Source: an uncultured bacterium (GTDB lineage: Bacteria > Gemmatimonadota > Gemmatimonadetes > Gemmatimonadales > Gemmatimonadaceae). From it: DNA of 64,000 nucleotides. The notes below the pieces were generated by a model. It did no database searches, was not told the origin of the DNA, and was given only the letters and a program-made list of their open reading frames with translations. This document shows, piece by piece, positions 1 through 11,154 of the stretch. A program made the translations under genes and the position numbers. The first letter of the stretch is position 1, and every line of letters begins with the position of its first letter. The DNA lies in contig CAXBQP010000001.1 in assembly GCA_963978095.1 (NCBI GenBank), positions 32,001-96,000 of the forward strand, given 5' to 3'.

Positions 1-1402
1 CCCAGAGTGCCGGATAGTACGCGGGATACGCCCCGGGCGCACGGATCAGCGCTGGTGCGAGCAGCGCCGACACGGCGGCGATGACGGGCGCGATCCACAC
101 CGGAAGTCCGAGGACGCCGCGTAACGCCGCGCGTCCGGCACCGACGCCAGCCAGCAGCACCGTCACCGCCGCCAGGAACATCGTGAGTTGCCACGCGAGC
201 CACAGTCCGGCGGTGACCCCGCCGGTCGGCACCTGCACGCCGCGTGCGAGGTCACCCAGGACGATCGGTCCTGCGCCCGCGATCACGAGCACGCCCACGA
301 CCGCAAGGGCGCGATTCCCGATGCGCCAGCGTTGGCGCAGTGCCGTCATCAGCGCCATCAGCACAAGGGCGCACGAGATCGCGAGTGCCCCGATGCTCCC
401 GGTGAACGCCCCCCCTTTCGCCACATAATAGAACGCCGGATTGAACATCGGCGTGACATTCGAGAAGCTCGACAACGGAACGATCGCCACCGCCGTGAGC
501 GCGACCCCGATCCCCATCAGCCGCGACGCCACTCCGCCGCCCCGCCAGGTCGCCGCGAGCAGCAAGAGCAGACAGGACGCCAGTACGAGCCCGGCGTACC
601 ACCGCCCCCGCTCGAGATTGCGGGCGCCGATCATTTCCGGTGGCGGCGCCACGCTCCGGAAGCCGAGGATCGGAAGCCCCGCGTGCGAGACGATCGTGAG
701 GGAATCGCGCACCGCCGACGACACATCCTCGTAGACGAAGCCCGCCACCCCACTCTCCGCGACGACCGCGCGATCCAGCGGGGTCACCAGGTTGTCCGCC
801 GGGGGTTCGGCATGAATGATCGCCTCGGCGATGGCGCGATCCGCGCCGCGCCCGGCGATGGCATAGAGGGTCAAATAGAATGGAGTGCCGATGGCACCCA
901 CCGGCCCCGCCAGCGAATCGACCGGCGCCACGATGCGTCCCGACCACGCGAACGGGACGCCGCCGCGGACGAGCGTGATGGCGCGATGCCCCCGACCGCG
1001 CCGGAGGGCCTCGACTCGCGCGAAGGCGGCGACCGGTTCGCTCGGGAGGTCCAAGGCGGCGTTCGCCGCTTGTTGCAAGGCCGCCGCTTCCGCTTCCAGC
1101 ACGCGCGCGAGCGCCGCCGCCCCCCGCCGTTCGACCGCCGCCGCCGACGCCCGTGGCGTGGCTGCATCGATGGCGCGCTGTCGTTCGGCACGCCCCGCTA
1201 GCACCAGCAGGACGCAGCCCATCGCGAGGAAGGCCACGCGTGGCCAGACGCGGAACGCGGGCCACGTGGCCGTCGCACACCACACGAGGCCCACGGCCAG
1301 CGCCAACACCGCCACCACCGACGGCGACCGCAACCAGACTGCGCCGGCGAGAACGGTGGCGGTGGCACTCAGGGCCCACCAGGGTCGGAAATGGCCTCTC
1401 AC
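1..1402 (-). CDS. Large multi-pass membrane protein, probable N-terminal half of a sensor histidine kinase (runs off the left edge)
   Basis: Frame absent from the ORF track because it has no stop in the window. GTG at 1402 reads MRGHFRPWWALSATATVLAGAVWL...FSNVTPMFNPAFYYVAKGG...GLWLAWQLTMFLAAVTVLL, with many hydrophobic segments. TGnTATTAT -10 lies 6 nt upstream. The kinase call is inferred; no kinase domain is visible. Confidence 0.6.
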   Translation of the reverse strand, partial: MRGHFRPWWALSATATVLAGAVWLRSPSVVAVLALAVGLVWCATATWPAFRVWPRVAFLAMGCVLLVLAGRAERQRAIDAATPRASAAAVERRGAAALARVLEAEAAALQQAANAALDLPSEPVAAFARVEALRRGRGHRAITLVRGGVPFAWSGRIVAPVDSLAGPVGAIGTPFYLTLYAIAGRGADRAIAEAIIHAEPPADNLVTPLDRAVVAESGVAGFVYEDVSSAVRDSLTIVSHAGLPILGFRSVAPPPEMIGARNLERGRWYAGLVLASCLLLLLAATWRGGGVASRLMGIGVALTAVAIVPLSSFSNVTPMFNPAFYYVAKGGAFTGSIGALAISCALVLMALMTALRQRWRIGNRALAVVGVLVIAGAGPIVLGDLARGVQVPTGGVTAGLWLAWQLTMFLAAVTVLLAGVGAGRAALRGVLGLPVWIAPVIAAVSALLAPALIRAPGAYPAYYPALW

Positions 1403-1471
1403 GCTTGGATAATACCATGCCTACCGACGAAACGCTCCATTTTCCGGGCCGAGGGTCGTTATCTTTCGTGG

Positions 1472-2158
1472 ATGCCTTGGAAAACGGCCCTCACCGTCCT
1501 CGCCCTGTGTACCACCGCCCTGCCAGCGGTCGCCCGGGCGCAGGTGACATCGTTGGACGAGGGCAGTTTCTCCCTGAGTCGGAGCGGCGAAGTGACCGGA
1601 CACGAAAATTTTTCCATCCGTTCCGCTCCTGGAGCCCGGGACCGGATGATCGTCGCCCGCGCCACTGTCCTCGCCGGCCCGCGGCGCGTGGACCCGATCC
1701 TCAGTGCCGACACCTCCGGATTCCCCGTGGCGTACCAGTCGCAGGTCAAGGTGGACGGGCGCGAGATCCAGCGGTATGCCGGCGTCACGACCGGCACCCG
1801 CTACGCCTCGCGCGCCCAACTCCCGGACGGCGAGTCCTCCCGCGAGTTTCGGCTCCTCCCCGGCACCGTGACCGCCGATGATGAGATCGTCCATCACCTG
1901 TGGTTCATTGCGCGGCGCGGCGTCGGGGCGGTGGTCCCCGTGCTCGTGCCGAACCGCAACGTGGTCGAGCAGGTCCGCGTAGAGGGGGTGGCGCAGGAAC
2001 GCCTCAAGATCGACACGCGGGACCTGGAAGTGACCCATCTGCGTTTGGTGACCGTGGGAACCAACGTCACCAGGGACGTGTGGCTCGACGGCGATGGTCG
2101 GCTCGTGAAAGCGCGGATCCCTGCCCTCCGACTGGACGCCGTTCGTGATGACCGCTAG
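1472..2158 (+). CDS. Secreted hypothetical protein (beta-rich, DUF3108-like)
   Basis: Signal peptide MPWKTALTVLALCTTALPAVARA|Q; C-terminal RDVWLDGDGRLVK motif; TATCTT 6 nt upstream of the ATG. Confidence 0.7.
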   Translation: MPWKTALTVLALCTTALPAVARAQVTSLDEGSFSLSRSGEVTGHENFSIRSAPGARDRMIVARATVLAGPRRVDPILSADTSGFPVAYQSQVKVDGREIQRYAGVTTGTRYASRAQLPDGESSREFRLLPGTVTADDEIVHHLWFIARRGVGAVVPVLVPNRNVVEQVRVEGVAQERLKIDTRDLEVTHLRLVTVGTNVTRDVWLDGDGRLVKARIPALRLDAVRDDR

Positions 2159-2163
2159 CCCGC

Positions 2164-2190
2164 TGAAACCCTCCCGCGTGTCCTGCCGTA
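2164..2190 (+). promoter_or_regulatory. ECF-sigma-type promoter (TGAAAC-N17-CGTA) for the tolC-macAB operon
   Basis: TGAAAC 2164-2169 and CGTA 2187-2190, about 40 nt before the tolC ATG. Matches SigW/SigM-type consensus. Confidence 0.6.
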
Positions 2191-2228
2191 GGGTCTCGAG
2201 TCCCCATTCTCGCAAGGAACCGTTCCTG

Positions 2229-3698
2229 ATGCCAACGCTGCGCTCCGCGCTGCTGCTGTTGATGACCGTCGCGCCGGTGGCCGTGCACGCCCAAGGCACG
2301 GCCACCACGCTGTCGCTCGATGAGGCCATCAGCCTCGCCAAGCGGAACAATCCCAGCTACCTGCAACTCCTGAACTCCCGCACGCGGGCGGACGCGAACC
2401 TGCGCGCCGCCTACGGCAGCCTCCTGCCGTCCGCCAGCACCAACATCGGCACCGGGTTCCGCCAGGGAAAGCAGGAGATCGTGAGTGGCGTGGCCTTCGG
2501 GTCGACTTCCGACATCCTCACGTCGAGTTGGGGGCTGAACGTCAGCTACAACTTCAGCGCGCGCACGCTGACCAATCTCCGTTCCGCGCGCGCCGCGATC
2601 GAGGCCGCCGATGCCGACATCGCGAACGCCGACCAGCAGCTGCGCTCCGTCGTCGTGCAGGAGTATGTCGCCGTGCTGCAGCGTCAGGCGCAAGCCGCGC
2701 TGCAGGACACGCTCGTCGCCTTCAACCAGTTGCAGCTGGACCTCGCCAAGGCCAAGGCCGGGGTCGGCACGGCGACATCGCTCGATGTGATCCGGGCCGA
2801 GGTCGCGCTCGGCACGCAGCAGGTCGCGGCACTGCGTGCGCACAACGACGAAACCGTGGAACGGCTCCGGCTGTATCAGCAGTTGGGCGTCCCCGCGGTC
2901 GCCGATGTCCGCCTGAACTCCACCCTCACCATCACCGAGCCCAGTGCCGATCTCGCCCAGCTGATCGGCATGGCCCAAAAGACGAATGCCTCGCTGTTGT
3001 CGCTCCGCCAGCGCCAGGTGGTGGCCGACCAGAGCGTCCGCGCCGCGCAGGGGGGCTACCTCCCGACCGTCTTCGCCTCGGCCGGCATCGGTGGATCGCA
3101 GCAGAAGTACACCGATGTGAACTATCTGCTGAATCAGGGCACGGCGCAGGCGGCATCGGCCAAGGCGTCGTGCTTCGTCCAGGATTCGCTGCGTCGCGGG
3201 GCCGGGATGCCCGGCATCAGCACCTGCGGCGCCATCAGCTTCTCGACCGCGCAAGCCGACGCCGTCCGCGCCAGCAACAGCCAGTGGCCGTTCAACTTCA
3301 ACTCGAACCCGCTGACGCTGTCGGTGGGCGTGTCGCTCAACCTGTTCGACGGCTTCAACCGTGAGCGGACGCTGCAAGCTGCGGCCGCCGACCAGTCCGA
3401 CGCCCGGTACAACGTCCGCGCTCAGGAACTCAAACTGACCGCGGATGTGTCGCAGACCTTCACCACGCTGAGCGCCGACTTCCGGGTCCTGAAACTGCAG
3501 GAGCAGAACTCCGCGGCCGCGCGGCAGGCGTTGCAGTTGGCGCAGGAGCGCTATCGCGTCGGACTGAACAGCCTGGTGGATCTGCAGCAGGCCCGCGCCG
3601 ATTACGATCGTGCGGAAACGGATCGCATCAACTCGATCTTCGAATACCACCGCGCGTTCGCGGCGCTCGAAAGCGCTGTCGGCCGCCCTCTTCGCTAA
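2229..3698 (+). CDS. tolC: TolC-family outer membrane efflux protein
   Basis: Signal peptide, LSLDEAISLAKRNNPS start, ERYRVGLNSLVDLQQAR and ALESAVG motifs; AAGGA RBS upstream. Confidence 0.92.
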   Translation: MPTLRSALLLLMTVAPVAVHAQGTATTLSLDEAISLAKRNNPSYLQLLNSRTRADANLRAAYGSLLPSASTNIGTGFRQGKQEIVSGVAFGSTSDILTSSWGLNVSYNFSARTLTNLRSARAAIEAADADIANADQQLRSVVVQEYVAVLQRQAQAALQDTLVAFNQLQLDLAKAKAGVGTATSLDVIRAEVALGTQQVAALRAHNDETVERLRLYQQLGVPAVADVRLNSTLTITEPSADLAQLIGMAQKTNASLLSLRQRQVVADQSVRAAQGGYLPTVFASAGIGGSQQKYTDVNYLLNQGTAQAASAKASCFVQDSLRRGAGMPGISTCGAISFSTAQADAVRASNSQWPFNFNSNPLTLSVGVSLNLFDGFNRERTLQAAAADQSDARYNVRAQELKLTADVSQTFTTLSADFRVLKLQEQNSAAARQALQLAQERYRVGLNSLVDLQQARADYDRAETDRINSIFEYHRAFAALESAVGRPLR

Positions 3699-3709
3699 CG
3701 GGACCCGTC

Positions 3710-4989
3710 ATGACCAAGACCACCAAATACCTCATCGCCGGCGTCGTCGTCCTGGCGGTCGGGGGCGTCGCCTACGGCGCCTCCCAGAAGAACAAGAACA
3801 AACCGACCGAGGTCCGCATCGAAGCCGTCGAGCATCGGGATCTCGTGGCGTCCGTGACGGCCAGCGGCCAGGTCCGTCCGCACACCAAAGTCGACCTCTC
3901 GTCCGACATCACGGGCAAGATCGTCAAGCTCGAGGTCAAGGAAGGCGACTACGTGACCAAGGGGCAGTTCCTCCTGGAACTCGACGCCCAGCAGTATGAG
4001 GCCGCGGTGCAGCGTGCCGAAGCCGGACTCGCCAACGCCAAAGCCTCGGCCGCCCAGAGCAGCGCCAGTCTGACGCAGGCGCAGAGCAACTATCGTCGCC
4101 AGATGGAGATCCGCAAGAGCAATCCCAACCTCGTTTCCGAAGACCAGCTCGAACAGCTGAAAACGGCGGTCGAGGTCAACACCGCGCTCGCCGATGCCTC
4201 CAAGCACAACGTCGAGCAATCGGAAGCCGGCCTGAAGGACGCCAAGGTCGCGCTCGCCAAGACCAAGATCTACGCCCCGATGAGCGGCCGCGTGACGCGG
4301 CTCGTGGTCCAGAACGGCGAAACGGCCATCATGGGAACGCTCAACAAGGATGCGGCGACGTTGCTGACGATCAGCGACATGACGGTTCTCGAGACCAAGG
4401 TCAAGGTCGACGAGACCGACGTCAGCCGCATCGCCCTCGGCGATTCCGCCATCATCCAGCTCGACGCCTTCCCCGACACCACCTTCCTCGGCAAGGTGGT
4501 CGAGATCTCGAACAGCGCCGTGAAGGCCGCCTCCGCCGGCTCCACGGACCAGGCGATCGACTACGAAGTCACCATTCGGCTGCTCAATCCGCCCAAGGAC
4601 ACCAAGCCCGATTTCTCGGCAACGGCCAAGATCATCACCGACAGCCGCAAGCAGGTGCTGTCGATCCCGATCATCGCCCTGACGGTGCGCGAGAACGAGG
4701 CGCTGGCCAACAAGGACACCGCCGGGATGCCGAGCGCCAAAGCGGCGACCAAGCAGGTCGGCAAGAAGGATGTGGAAGGGGTATTCGTGGTCGGGCCGGA
4801 CAACAAAGTGACCTTCCGCCCCGTAAAGGTGGGTATCGCGGGAGAGAAGCACTTCGAGGTGCTTTCCGGCCTCAAGTTGGGGGACAAGATCGTCGGTGGC
4901 ACGTATCAGGCGATCCGCGAGTTAAAGGACGGCACCAGTGTGCGCGAAACGAAGCCCATGACCGACGCGAAGACGGAGAGCAAGAAGCC

Positions 4990-4993
<4 letters not shown>
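3710..4993 (+). CDS. Efflux periplasmic adaptor subunit (MacA/HlyD-like)
   Basis: N-terminal TM, lipoyl halves ([32 protein letters not shown]), coiled hairpin, [13 protein letters not shown]. Confidence 0.92.
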
Positions 4994-5784
<791 letters not shown>

Positions 5785-5819
5785 GCACTCCCGCACCACC
5801 GCTGGCCCCCAGTGTCGTT

Positions 5820-5861
5820 CGGCGGGTGAGGTTCGGACCACGTGCCGACCCTCACCCGTTG
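5820..5861 (+). other. Intra-operon stem-loop between the ATPase and the first permease
   Basis: GGCGGGTGAGG...CCTCACCCGTT inverted repeat; no U-tract. Confidence 0.45.
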
Positions 5862-5881
5862 CTCTCTCGCCCCCCGAGTGC

Positions 5882-7126
5882 ATGAAGTTCTTCGAAGCCG
5901 TCCGCCTTGCCTTCCACACCATCCGCGTCCAGAAGCTCAAGAGCTTCTTCACGGCGCTGGGCGTCTGCATCGGCGTGATGTTCCTCATCACCGTCGTGTC
6001 GATCGTCGAGGGGATGGGCAAGTACATGGAGAACGAACTGGTCGGCAAGCTGATCGCCATCAACTCGTTCGAGTTGCGTCACCGGCCCAGCATCAATGTC
6101 GGCGACGTCTCGCGCGCCACCTGGCTGGAATACAACCGTCGCCCCCGGATTCTCGAGAGCGACGTCGAGCCGGTGGTGGCGGCGCTTCCCCCGGACGCGC
6201 TCTGGGCGATGTACTCCAACAGCAACATCCAGGTCGAGTCGAGCTTCGGCAAGCCGCGCTCGGCGCAGGTCACGGCGTTCGACGGCCAATACCTTGAAAT
6301 CAAGAAGCTCGGCGTCACCACGGGACGCAGCTTCTCGCAGGTCGACATCACCACGGGGGCGTCCGTCGTCGTGATCGGGCCGGACCTCGCCAAACGGCTC
6401 TTCCCCGACCTCAACGCGGTGGACCGGCAAGTCAAGATCGGCGGCCGTTTCTACACGGTGATCGGCGTCGGAGAGTCGCTCGGCAGCGCCTTCGGCATGT
6501 CGTTCGACAACTACGTCTACGCCCCGTTCCGCTCTCCGGTGCACCGTTTGCTGAATCCCGGGGCGCACCAGATCGACGGCCTCATCGTCCAGGTCGCCAC
6601 TGCCGAAGCGCTGCCCGACGCCCAGGAAGCGGTCCGCGGCGTCATGCGCGCGCGGCACCAGCTCCGTCCGGCACAGAAGGACAACTTCGTGCTCGAGACC
6701 TCGGATACCGCGCTCGAGTTCTGGAACAAGATCAAGAGCTATCTCGTGCTCGCCGGGATCGCCCTGCCAGCGATCGGTCTCGTGGTGGGCGCGATCGTGA
6801 TCATGAACATCATGCTGGTGGCGGTCGCGGAACGCACGCACGAGATCGGCATTCGCAAGGCGCTCGGGGCCAAACGCCGGGACATCCTGCTCCAGTTCAT
6901 GATCGAGGCCTCGACGTTGAGCACCTTCGGGGCCGCCATGGGGATCGCGCTCGGCGCACTCGGCGCCTACGCCATTCGCACGATGACACCGATGCCGACG
7001 TATGTCGCCCCGTGGTCCATCGTGGTCGGCGTGCTCATCGGCGCAGGGGTCGGGATCATCTCCGGCGTCTATCCCGCCAGCCGTGCGTCGTTGCTCGACC
7101 CTGTCACCGCACTCCGGCAGGAGTAG
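5882..7126 (+). CDS. ABC permease, MacB/FtsX family (1 of 4)
   Basis: KLKSFFTALGVCIGV; IMNIMLVAVAERTHEIGIRKALGA; PASRASLLDPVTALRQE. Confidence 0.93.
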   Translation: MKFFEAVRLAFHTIRVQKLKSFFTALGVCIGVMFLITVVSIVEGMGKYMENELVGKLIAINSFELRHRPSINVGDVSRATWLEYNRRPRILESDVEPVVAALPPDALWAMYSNSNIQVESSFGKPRSAQVTAFDGQYLEIKKLGVTTGRSFSQVDITTGASVVVIGPDLAKRLFPDLNAVDRQVKIGGRFYTVIGVGESLGSAFGMSFDNYVYAPFRSPVHRLLNPGAHQIDGLIVQVATAEALPDAQEAVRGVMRARHQLRPAQKDNFVLETSDTALEFWNKIKSYLVLAGIALPAIGLVVGAIVIMNIMLVAVAERTHEIGIRKALGAKRRDILLQFMIEASTLSTFGAAMGIALGALGAYAIRTMTPMPTYVAPWSIVVGVLIGAGVGIISGVYPASRASLLDPVTALRQE

Positions 7127-7129
7127 CCC

Positions 7130-8410
7130 ATGCGATTCATCGACAAGCTGAAGATGTCGCTCGAGGGGGTGGGCATCGCCATCGATGCGATGCGTCAGAA
7201 CAAGGTCCGGGCCGGCCTCACGATTCTCGGGGTGGCGGTCGGTGTGTTCGTCGTGGTCGTGATTGCGGCGGCGGTGCATGGCATCAACGAGAGCGTCGCG
7301 AAGCAGTTCGAATCCGCGGGCCCCACAACCTTTTTCGTGCAACGACGGCCGATCGTCTTCGAAGCCTGCGACGGCACCGGCGACACGTGCAAGTGGCGCT
7401 CCAATCCGCCCCTGCTCTTCAGCGAAGCGGAGGTGCTCAAGAAGCTCGAGTCCGTCGGCGAGGTTGGCATCCGTCAGGGCTGGGGCGCCGCGGCAAAGTT
7501 CCGCGACAAGGCGTTGCCGAATGTGAGCGTCATGGGGATCACCGCCAATTGGCCGCAGTTGAACCCACCCAACATGATCGACGGGCGCGTCTTCACCGAG
7601 CAGGAGGCGCGCAGTGCCGCTCGGGTGGTGGTGATCAACACCACCGCCAAGGATCGCCTCTTCGGCGAAGAGGACGCCATGGGGAAGGAGATCACGCTGA
7701 CCGCACTTGCCGGTCCGCAGGGCACCAATCGCGGCGGCCCCTTCACCGTGATCGGCGTGTACAAGGACGACGCGAGCTTCCTGCAGGGGGGGGAGCGTCC
7801 GTCCATCGTCACTTCCGTGTATGCCCTCTCGCGACGGCTCGGTGCTCAGCCGCAGTGGATGTCGTTCGTCATCAAGCCCGCCGCCAACGCATCGCAAGCG
7901 CAGGCGCTCGACGATGTCACCGCCGCGCTGCGCGGAGCACGCGGGCTGCGGCCGGGGCGCGAATCGAACTTCGCGGTCGTGACGCAAGACAAACTCTTCG
8001 ACGTCTACAACAAGGTCTTCGGGATCTTCTTCCTCGTCATGATCTCGCTCTCCTCCGTGGGATTGCTCGTTGGCGGCGTTGGCGTGGTGGCCATCATGAT
8101 GATCTCGGTCACCGAGCGCACCCGCGAAATCGGGGTGCGGAAAGCGCTGGGCGCCACGCGCGGCGTGATCCTCTGGCAGTTCCTGGTGGAGGCGATCACG
8201 CTCACCGCCACCGGCGCCCTGATCGGGCTCGGCTTGGGGACCGTGGTCGCGATGCTCGTGAAAGCGTACACGCCGGTCGCGGCCTCGGTGCCGCCGTTGG
8301 CCGTCGCCGCCGCGTTGGGGTCGAGTGCGCTCACCGGGATCCTGTTCGGCATGCTCCCCGCCCTGCGGGCGTCACGCCTCGACCCCGTCGCCGCCTTGCG
8401 GCACGAGTGA
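7130..8410 (+). CDS. ABC permease, MacB/FtsX family (2 of 4)
   Basis: KVRAGLTILGVAVGV; SVTERTREIGVRKALGA; RASRLDPVAALRHE. Confidence 0.93.
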   Translation: MRFIDKLKMSLEGVGIAIDAMRQNKVRAGLTILGVAVGVFVVVVIAAAVHGINESVAKQFESAGPTTFFVQRRPIVFEACDGTGDTCKWRSNPPLLFSEAEVLKKLESVGEVGIRQGWGAAAKFRDKALPNVSVMGITANWPQLNPPNMIDGRVFTEQEARSAARVVVINTTAKDRLFGEEDAMGKEITLTALAGPQGTNRGGPFTVIGVYKDDASFLQGGERPSIVTSVYALSRRLGAQPQWMSFVIKPAANASQAQALDDVTAALRGARGLRPGRESNFAVVTQDKLFDVYNKVFGIFFLVMISLSSVGLLVGGVGVVAIMMISVTERTREIGVRKALGATRGVILWQFLVEAITLTATGALIGLGLGTVVAMLVKAYTPVAASVPPLAVAAALGSSALTGILFGMLPALRASRLDPVAALRHE

Positions 8411-8477
8411 CCCCGCGCCTCGAGGAGCGCCGCGACCGGACGCCGGCGCCGCTGGTCCGTGACCCGCATCACCGCGC

Positions 8478-9719
8478 ATGACGTTCGGAGACATCGTCGC
8501 CGTCGCGCTCGACCAGATCTGGAACAACAAGCTCCGGAGCTTCTTCACGCTCCTCGGGATCATCGTGTCGGTCGCATTCCTCGTGGCGGTGGTCGCGATC
8601 ATCCAGGGGATGAACGCTTACGTGAAGGAGAACATCGCCGGCGCCGTGATCGGCACCAACGCCTTCCAGGTCCGGCGCACTCCGATCCAGATCGGGTTCT
8701 TCGACGACGAGATGTGGGCTCGCGTCGCGCGACGTCCGCGCCTCAGCGTGAGCGACGCCGAGGCCGTGCGCGCGGCGCTCCCGGACGCCGCGGCGGTCGC
8801 CATGACCACGGGATGGCCGTCCCCGCTAACGGACGTGGACTGGCGGGGACGCGTGATCGGGGATGTCACGGTCTTCGGCGTCACCCCGCCGTATCAGGAG
8901 GTGCAAGACTACAAGATTGAACGGGGGCGCCCGCTCCTCGACACCGACATCACGCAGCGCCGTGCCGTCGTCGTCCTCGGCTATGACGTGGCGAGCAAGT
9001 TGTTCGAGTCCGTGAGTCCGATCGGGCAGGAGGTGAAACTCGGCGGCGACAAGTTCGAGGTCGTCGGCGTCATCGCACCCAAGGGGCGGGTGCTGGGGCA
9101 GTCCTTCGATGCCTTCGCGCTGATCCCGTTCACACGGTACGAAATGCTCTATGGCCGACGTCTCACGACCACCGTCTCGGTCAAAATGCCGGACGCCAAG
9201 GACGTCGCCCCGGCCATGCAACGGGCCGAGGAAGCCATGCGGCTCGCACATCATCTCCGCCCCACCCAAGCGAACAATTTCTCGATCGAGACGGCCGACG
9301 CGTTGGTGGATTTCTGGAAGCAACTCACCGCCGTGCTCTTCAGCGTCATTCCGGCGGTCGTGGCGATCGGCGTTGTGGTCGGCGGGATCGTGATCATGAA
9401 CATCATGCTGATGGCCGTGACTGAACGCACGCGGGAAATCGGGATTCGCAAGGCCGTTGGCGCGCGCGCCCAGGACATCGAGCGCCAGTTCCTGGCCGAG
9501 GCCGTCGTACTCGCGATCACCGGGGGAATCCTCGGGGTCGCGCTGGGATGGGGCTTCGCCGAGCTCGTGGCCACGGCATCACCGCTCCCCGCGCGGATCA
9601 CCGGATGGAGCGTCATGCTCGCGGTGTCGCTCGGAGCCGGCGTCGGCGTCATCTTCGGCGTTTTTCCTGCGCGGCGCGCGGCCAGGCTCGATCCGATCAC
9701 GGCGCTGCGGGCGGAATGA
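8478..9719 (+). CDS. ABC permease, MacB/FtsX family (3 of 4)
   Basis: KLRSFFTLLGIIVSV; AVTERTREIGIRKAVGA; RAARLDPITALRAE. Confidence 0.93.
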   Translation: MTFGDIVAVALDQIWNNKLRSFFTLLGIIVSVAFLVAVVAIIQGMNAYVKENIAGAVIGTNAFQVRRTPIQIGFFDDEMWARVARRPRLSVSDAEAVRAALPDAAAVAMTTGWPSPLTDVDWRGRVIGDVTVFGVTPPYQEVQDYKIERGRPLLDTDITQRRAVVVLGYDVASKLFESVSPIGQEVKLGGDKFEVVGVIAPKGRVLGQSFDAFALIPFTRYEMLYGRRLTTTVSVKMPDAKDVAPAMQRAEEAMRLAHHLRPTQANNFSIETADALVDFWKQLTAVLFSVIPAVVAIGVVVGGIVIMNIMLMAVTERTREIGIRKAVGARAQDIERQFLAEAVVLAITGGILGVALGWGFAELVATASPLPARITGWSVMLAVSLGAGVGVIFGVFPARRAARLDPITALRAE

Positions 9720-10972
9720 GAAGGCCGCGCCTGAACCTCGACCAGCTGCGCGAGAACTTCGGCATCGCGATCGACACGCTGCGGGTCAACAAGTTGCGGT
9801 CGGGGCTCACCATACTCGGGGTGGTCATCGGAGTGGCCACCGTCATGACCATGGCGACCATCGTGCAGGGGATCCGCGACCAGATCATCCACACGATCGA
9901 AGTCGCGGGACCGAGCACCTTCTACGTGCTCAAGATCTTCTCGAGCACTCCCGTGAATCCGGAACGCCTCCCGAAGTACATTCGCGTTCGACCGGATCTG
10001 ACCGTCGCCGAGGCACAGCGCGTGGCCGCGCTCCCCGAGATCGCCTATGCCGGCCTCTGGGCGCAGACCCAAGCTCGACTCGAGTACAAGGGGAATCGGA
10101 CGCGCCCCCTGGCCGTCTTTGGCGCTGACGACCGGTACCAGGAGATCCAGGGAGGGGAGCTGTCCCAAGGCCGTTGGTTCACGAAGGCGGAACTCAAGAC
10201 CGGTGCTGCGGTGGTGGTGCTGCAGGAGAAGCACGCGCGGCAGTTGTTCGGCCGCGAGTCGCCGCTCGACAAGACCGTGCTGGTCGGCGGGCGTCCGGTG
10301 ACCGTGATCGGCCTGTATCAGGAGCCCGCCAACATCTTTGCCCCTCCGGGCGCAGACGTCGGCGCAATCCTGACGTACGAGTTCACCGACCACGGATACC
10401 GCGTGGACAAGACCAACGCGCTCTGGATTCCCGTGAAGCCCCGGGCCGGGGTGACGGCGGTGGCCGCGCAAGAGGCGGTGACGGTCGCGCTCCGGGAGAT
10501 GCGGCGACTCCGGCCGGCCGACAAGAACAACTTCGACCTTGTCAGCCAAGATCAGATTCTCACCACCTTCACCTCGATCACGGACATCTTCTTTCTGGTG
10601 ATGATCGTGCTCGCGTCGGTCGCGCTGCTGGTCGGCGGGATCGGCGTCATGGCCATCATGATGGTCTCCGTCACCGCACGGACGCGCGAGATCGGGGTGC
10701 GAAAAGCCTTGGGTGCCACCCGCCGCGACATTCTGCTGCAGTTTCTCGTCGAGGCCGCCACCCTGACCGGACTTGGCGGGCTCCTCGGCATTCTGGTCGG
10801 CCTCGCGATGGGGCGGCTCGCGACCGTCCTGCTCAACATCCAGGCGGACACCCCGACCGGACTCACGGCGATCGCCGTGGTGGTTTCCGTCGGCATCGGG
10901 CTCGTATTCGGGGTGGTCCCGGCCAGGCGTGCAGCCCGCCTGGACCCCATCGAAGCCCTCCGCTACGAATAG
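9716..10972 (+). CDS. ABC permease, MacB/FtsX family (4 of 4)
   Basis: ATGA overlap with permease 3; KLRSGLTILGVVIGV; RTREIGVRKALGA; RLDPIEALRYE. Confidence 0.93.
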   Translation: MRRPRLNLDQLRENFGIAIDTLRVNKLRSGLTILGVVIGVATVMTMATIVQGIRDQIIHTIEVAGPSTFYVLKIFSSTPVNPERLPKYIRVRPDLTVAEAQRVAALPEIAYAGLWAQTQARLEYKGNRTRPLAVFGADDRYQEIQGGELSQGRWFTKAELKTGAAVVVLQEKHARQLFGRESPLDKTVLVGGRPVTVIGLYQEPANIFAPPGADVGAILTYEFTDHGYRVDKTNALWIPVKPRAGVTAVAAQEAVTVALREMRRLRPADKNNFDLVSQDQILTTFTSITDIFFLVMIVLASVALLVGGIGVMAIMMVSVTARTREIGVRKALGATRRDILLQFLVEAATLTGLGGLLGILVGLAMGRLATVLLNIQADTPTGLTAIAVVVSVGIGLVFGVVPARRAARLDPIEALRYE

Positions 10973-11068
10973 CCGGCCCGTGGCGGGATGGCGGCACCTC
11001 CTGCCAGATTCCGGGTACGAGAATACCGAGGACGTTCCGCACGGCCCCCCGACGACTGGGGCAGACCT

Positions 11069-11095
11069 CCTAACGAACGCAGGGGGATAGTCGTA
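11069..11095 (+). promoter_or_regulatory. Possible ECF-type promoter (cctAAC-N17-CGTA)
   Basis: AAC 11072-11074 and CGTA 11092-11095, about 60 nt upstream of the Spy-like gene. Confidence 0.4.
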
Positions 11096-11154
11096 TTAAT
11101 AGGGCTGGCGGTCAGTCGACCGTCCCCCTCAACCGAATTCGGAGGAGTTTGCAC

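Noticed and set aside
252..1418. 388-aa minus-strand ORF and the + strand ORFs in 81-1412
   Set aside because: These are Arg/Gly-rich shadow frames. The coding frame is the one starting GTG 1402 and running off the window.
5852..7987. Long antisense ORFs here and elsewhere (e.g. 23044-24756, 54556-56811) as overlapping genes
   Set aside because: Expected from high-GC codon bias opposite real genes; no recognisable motifs.
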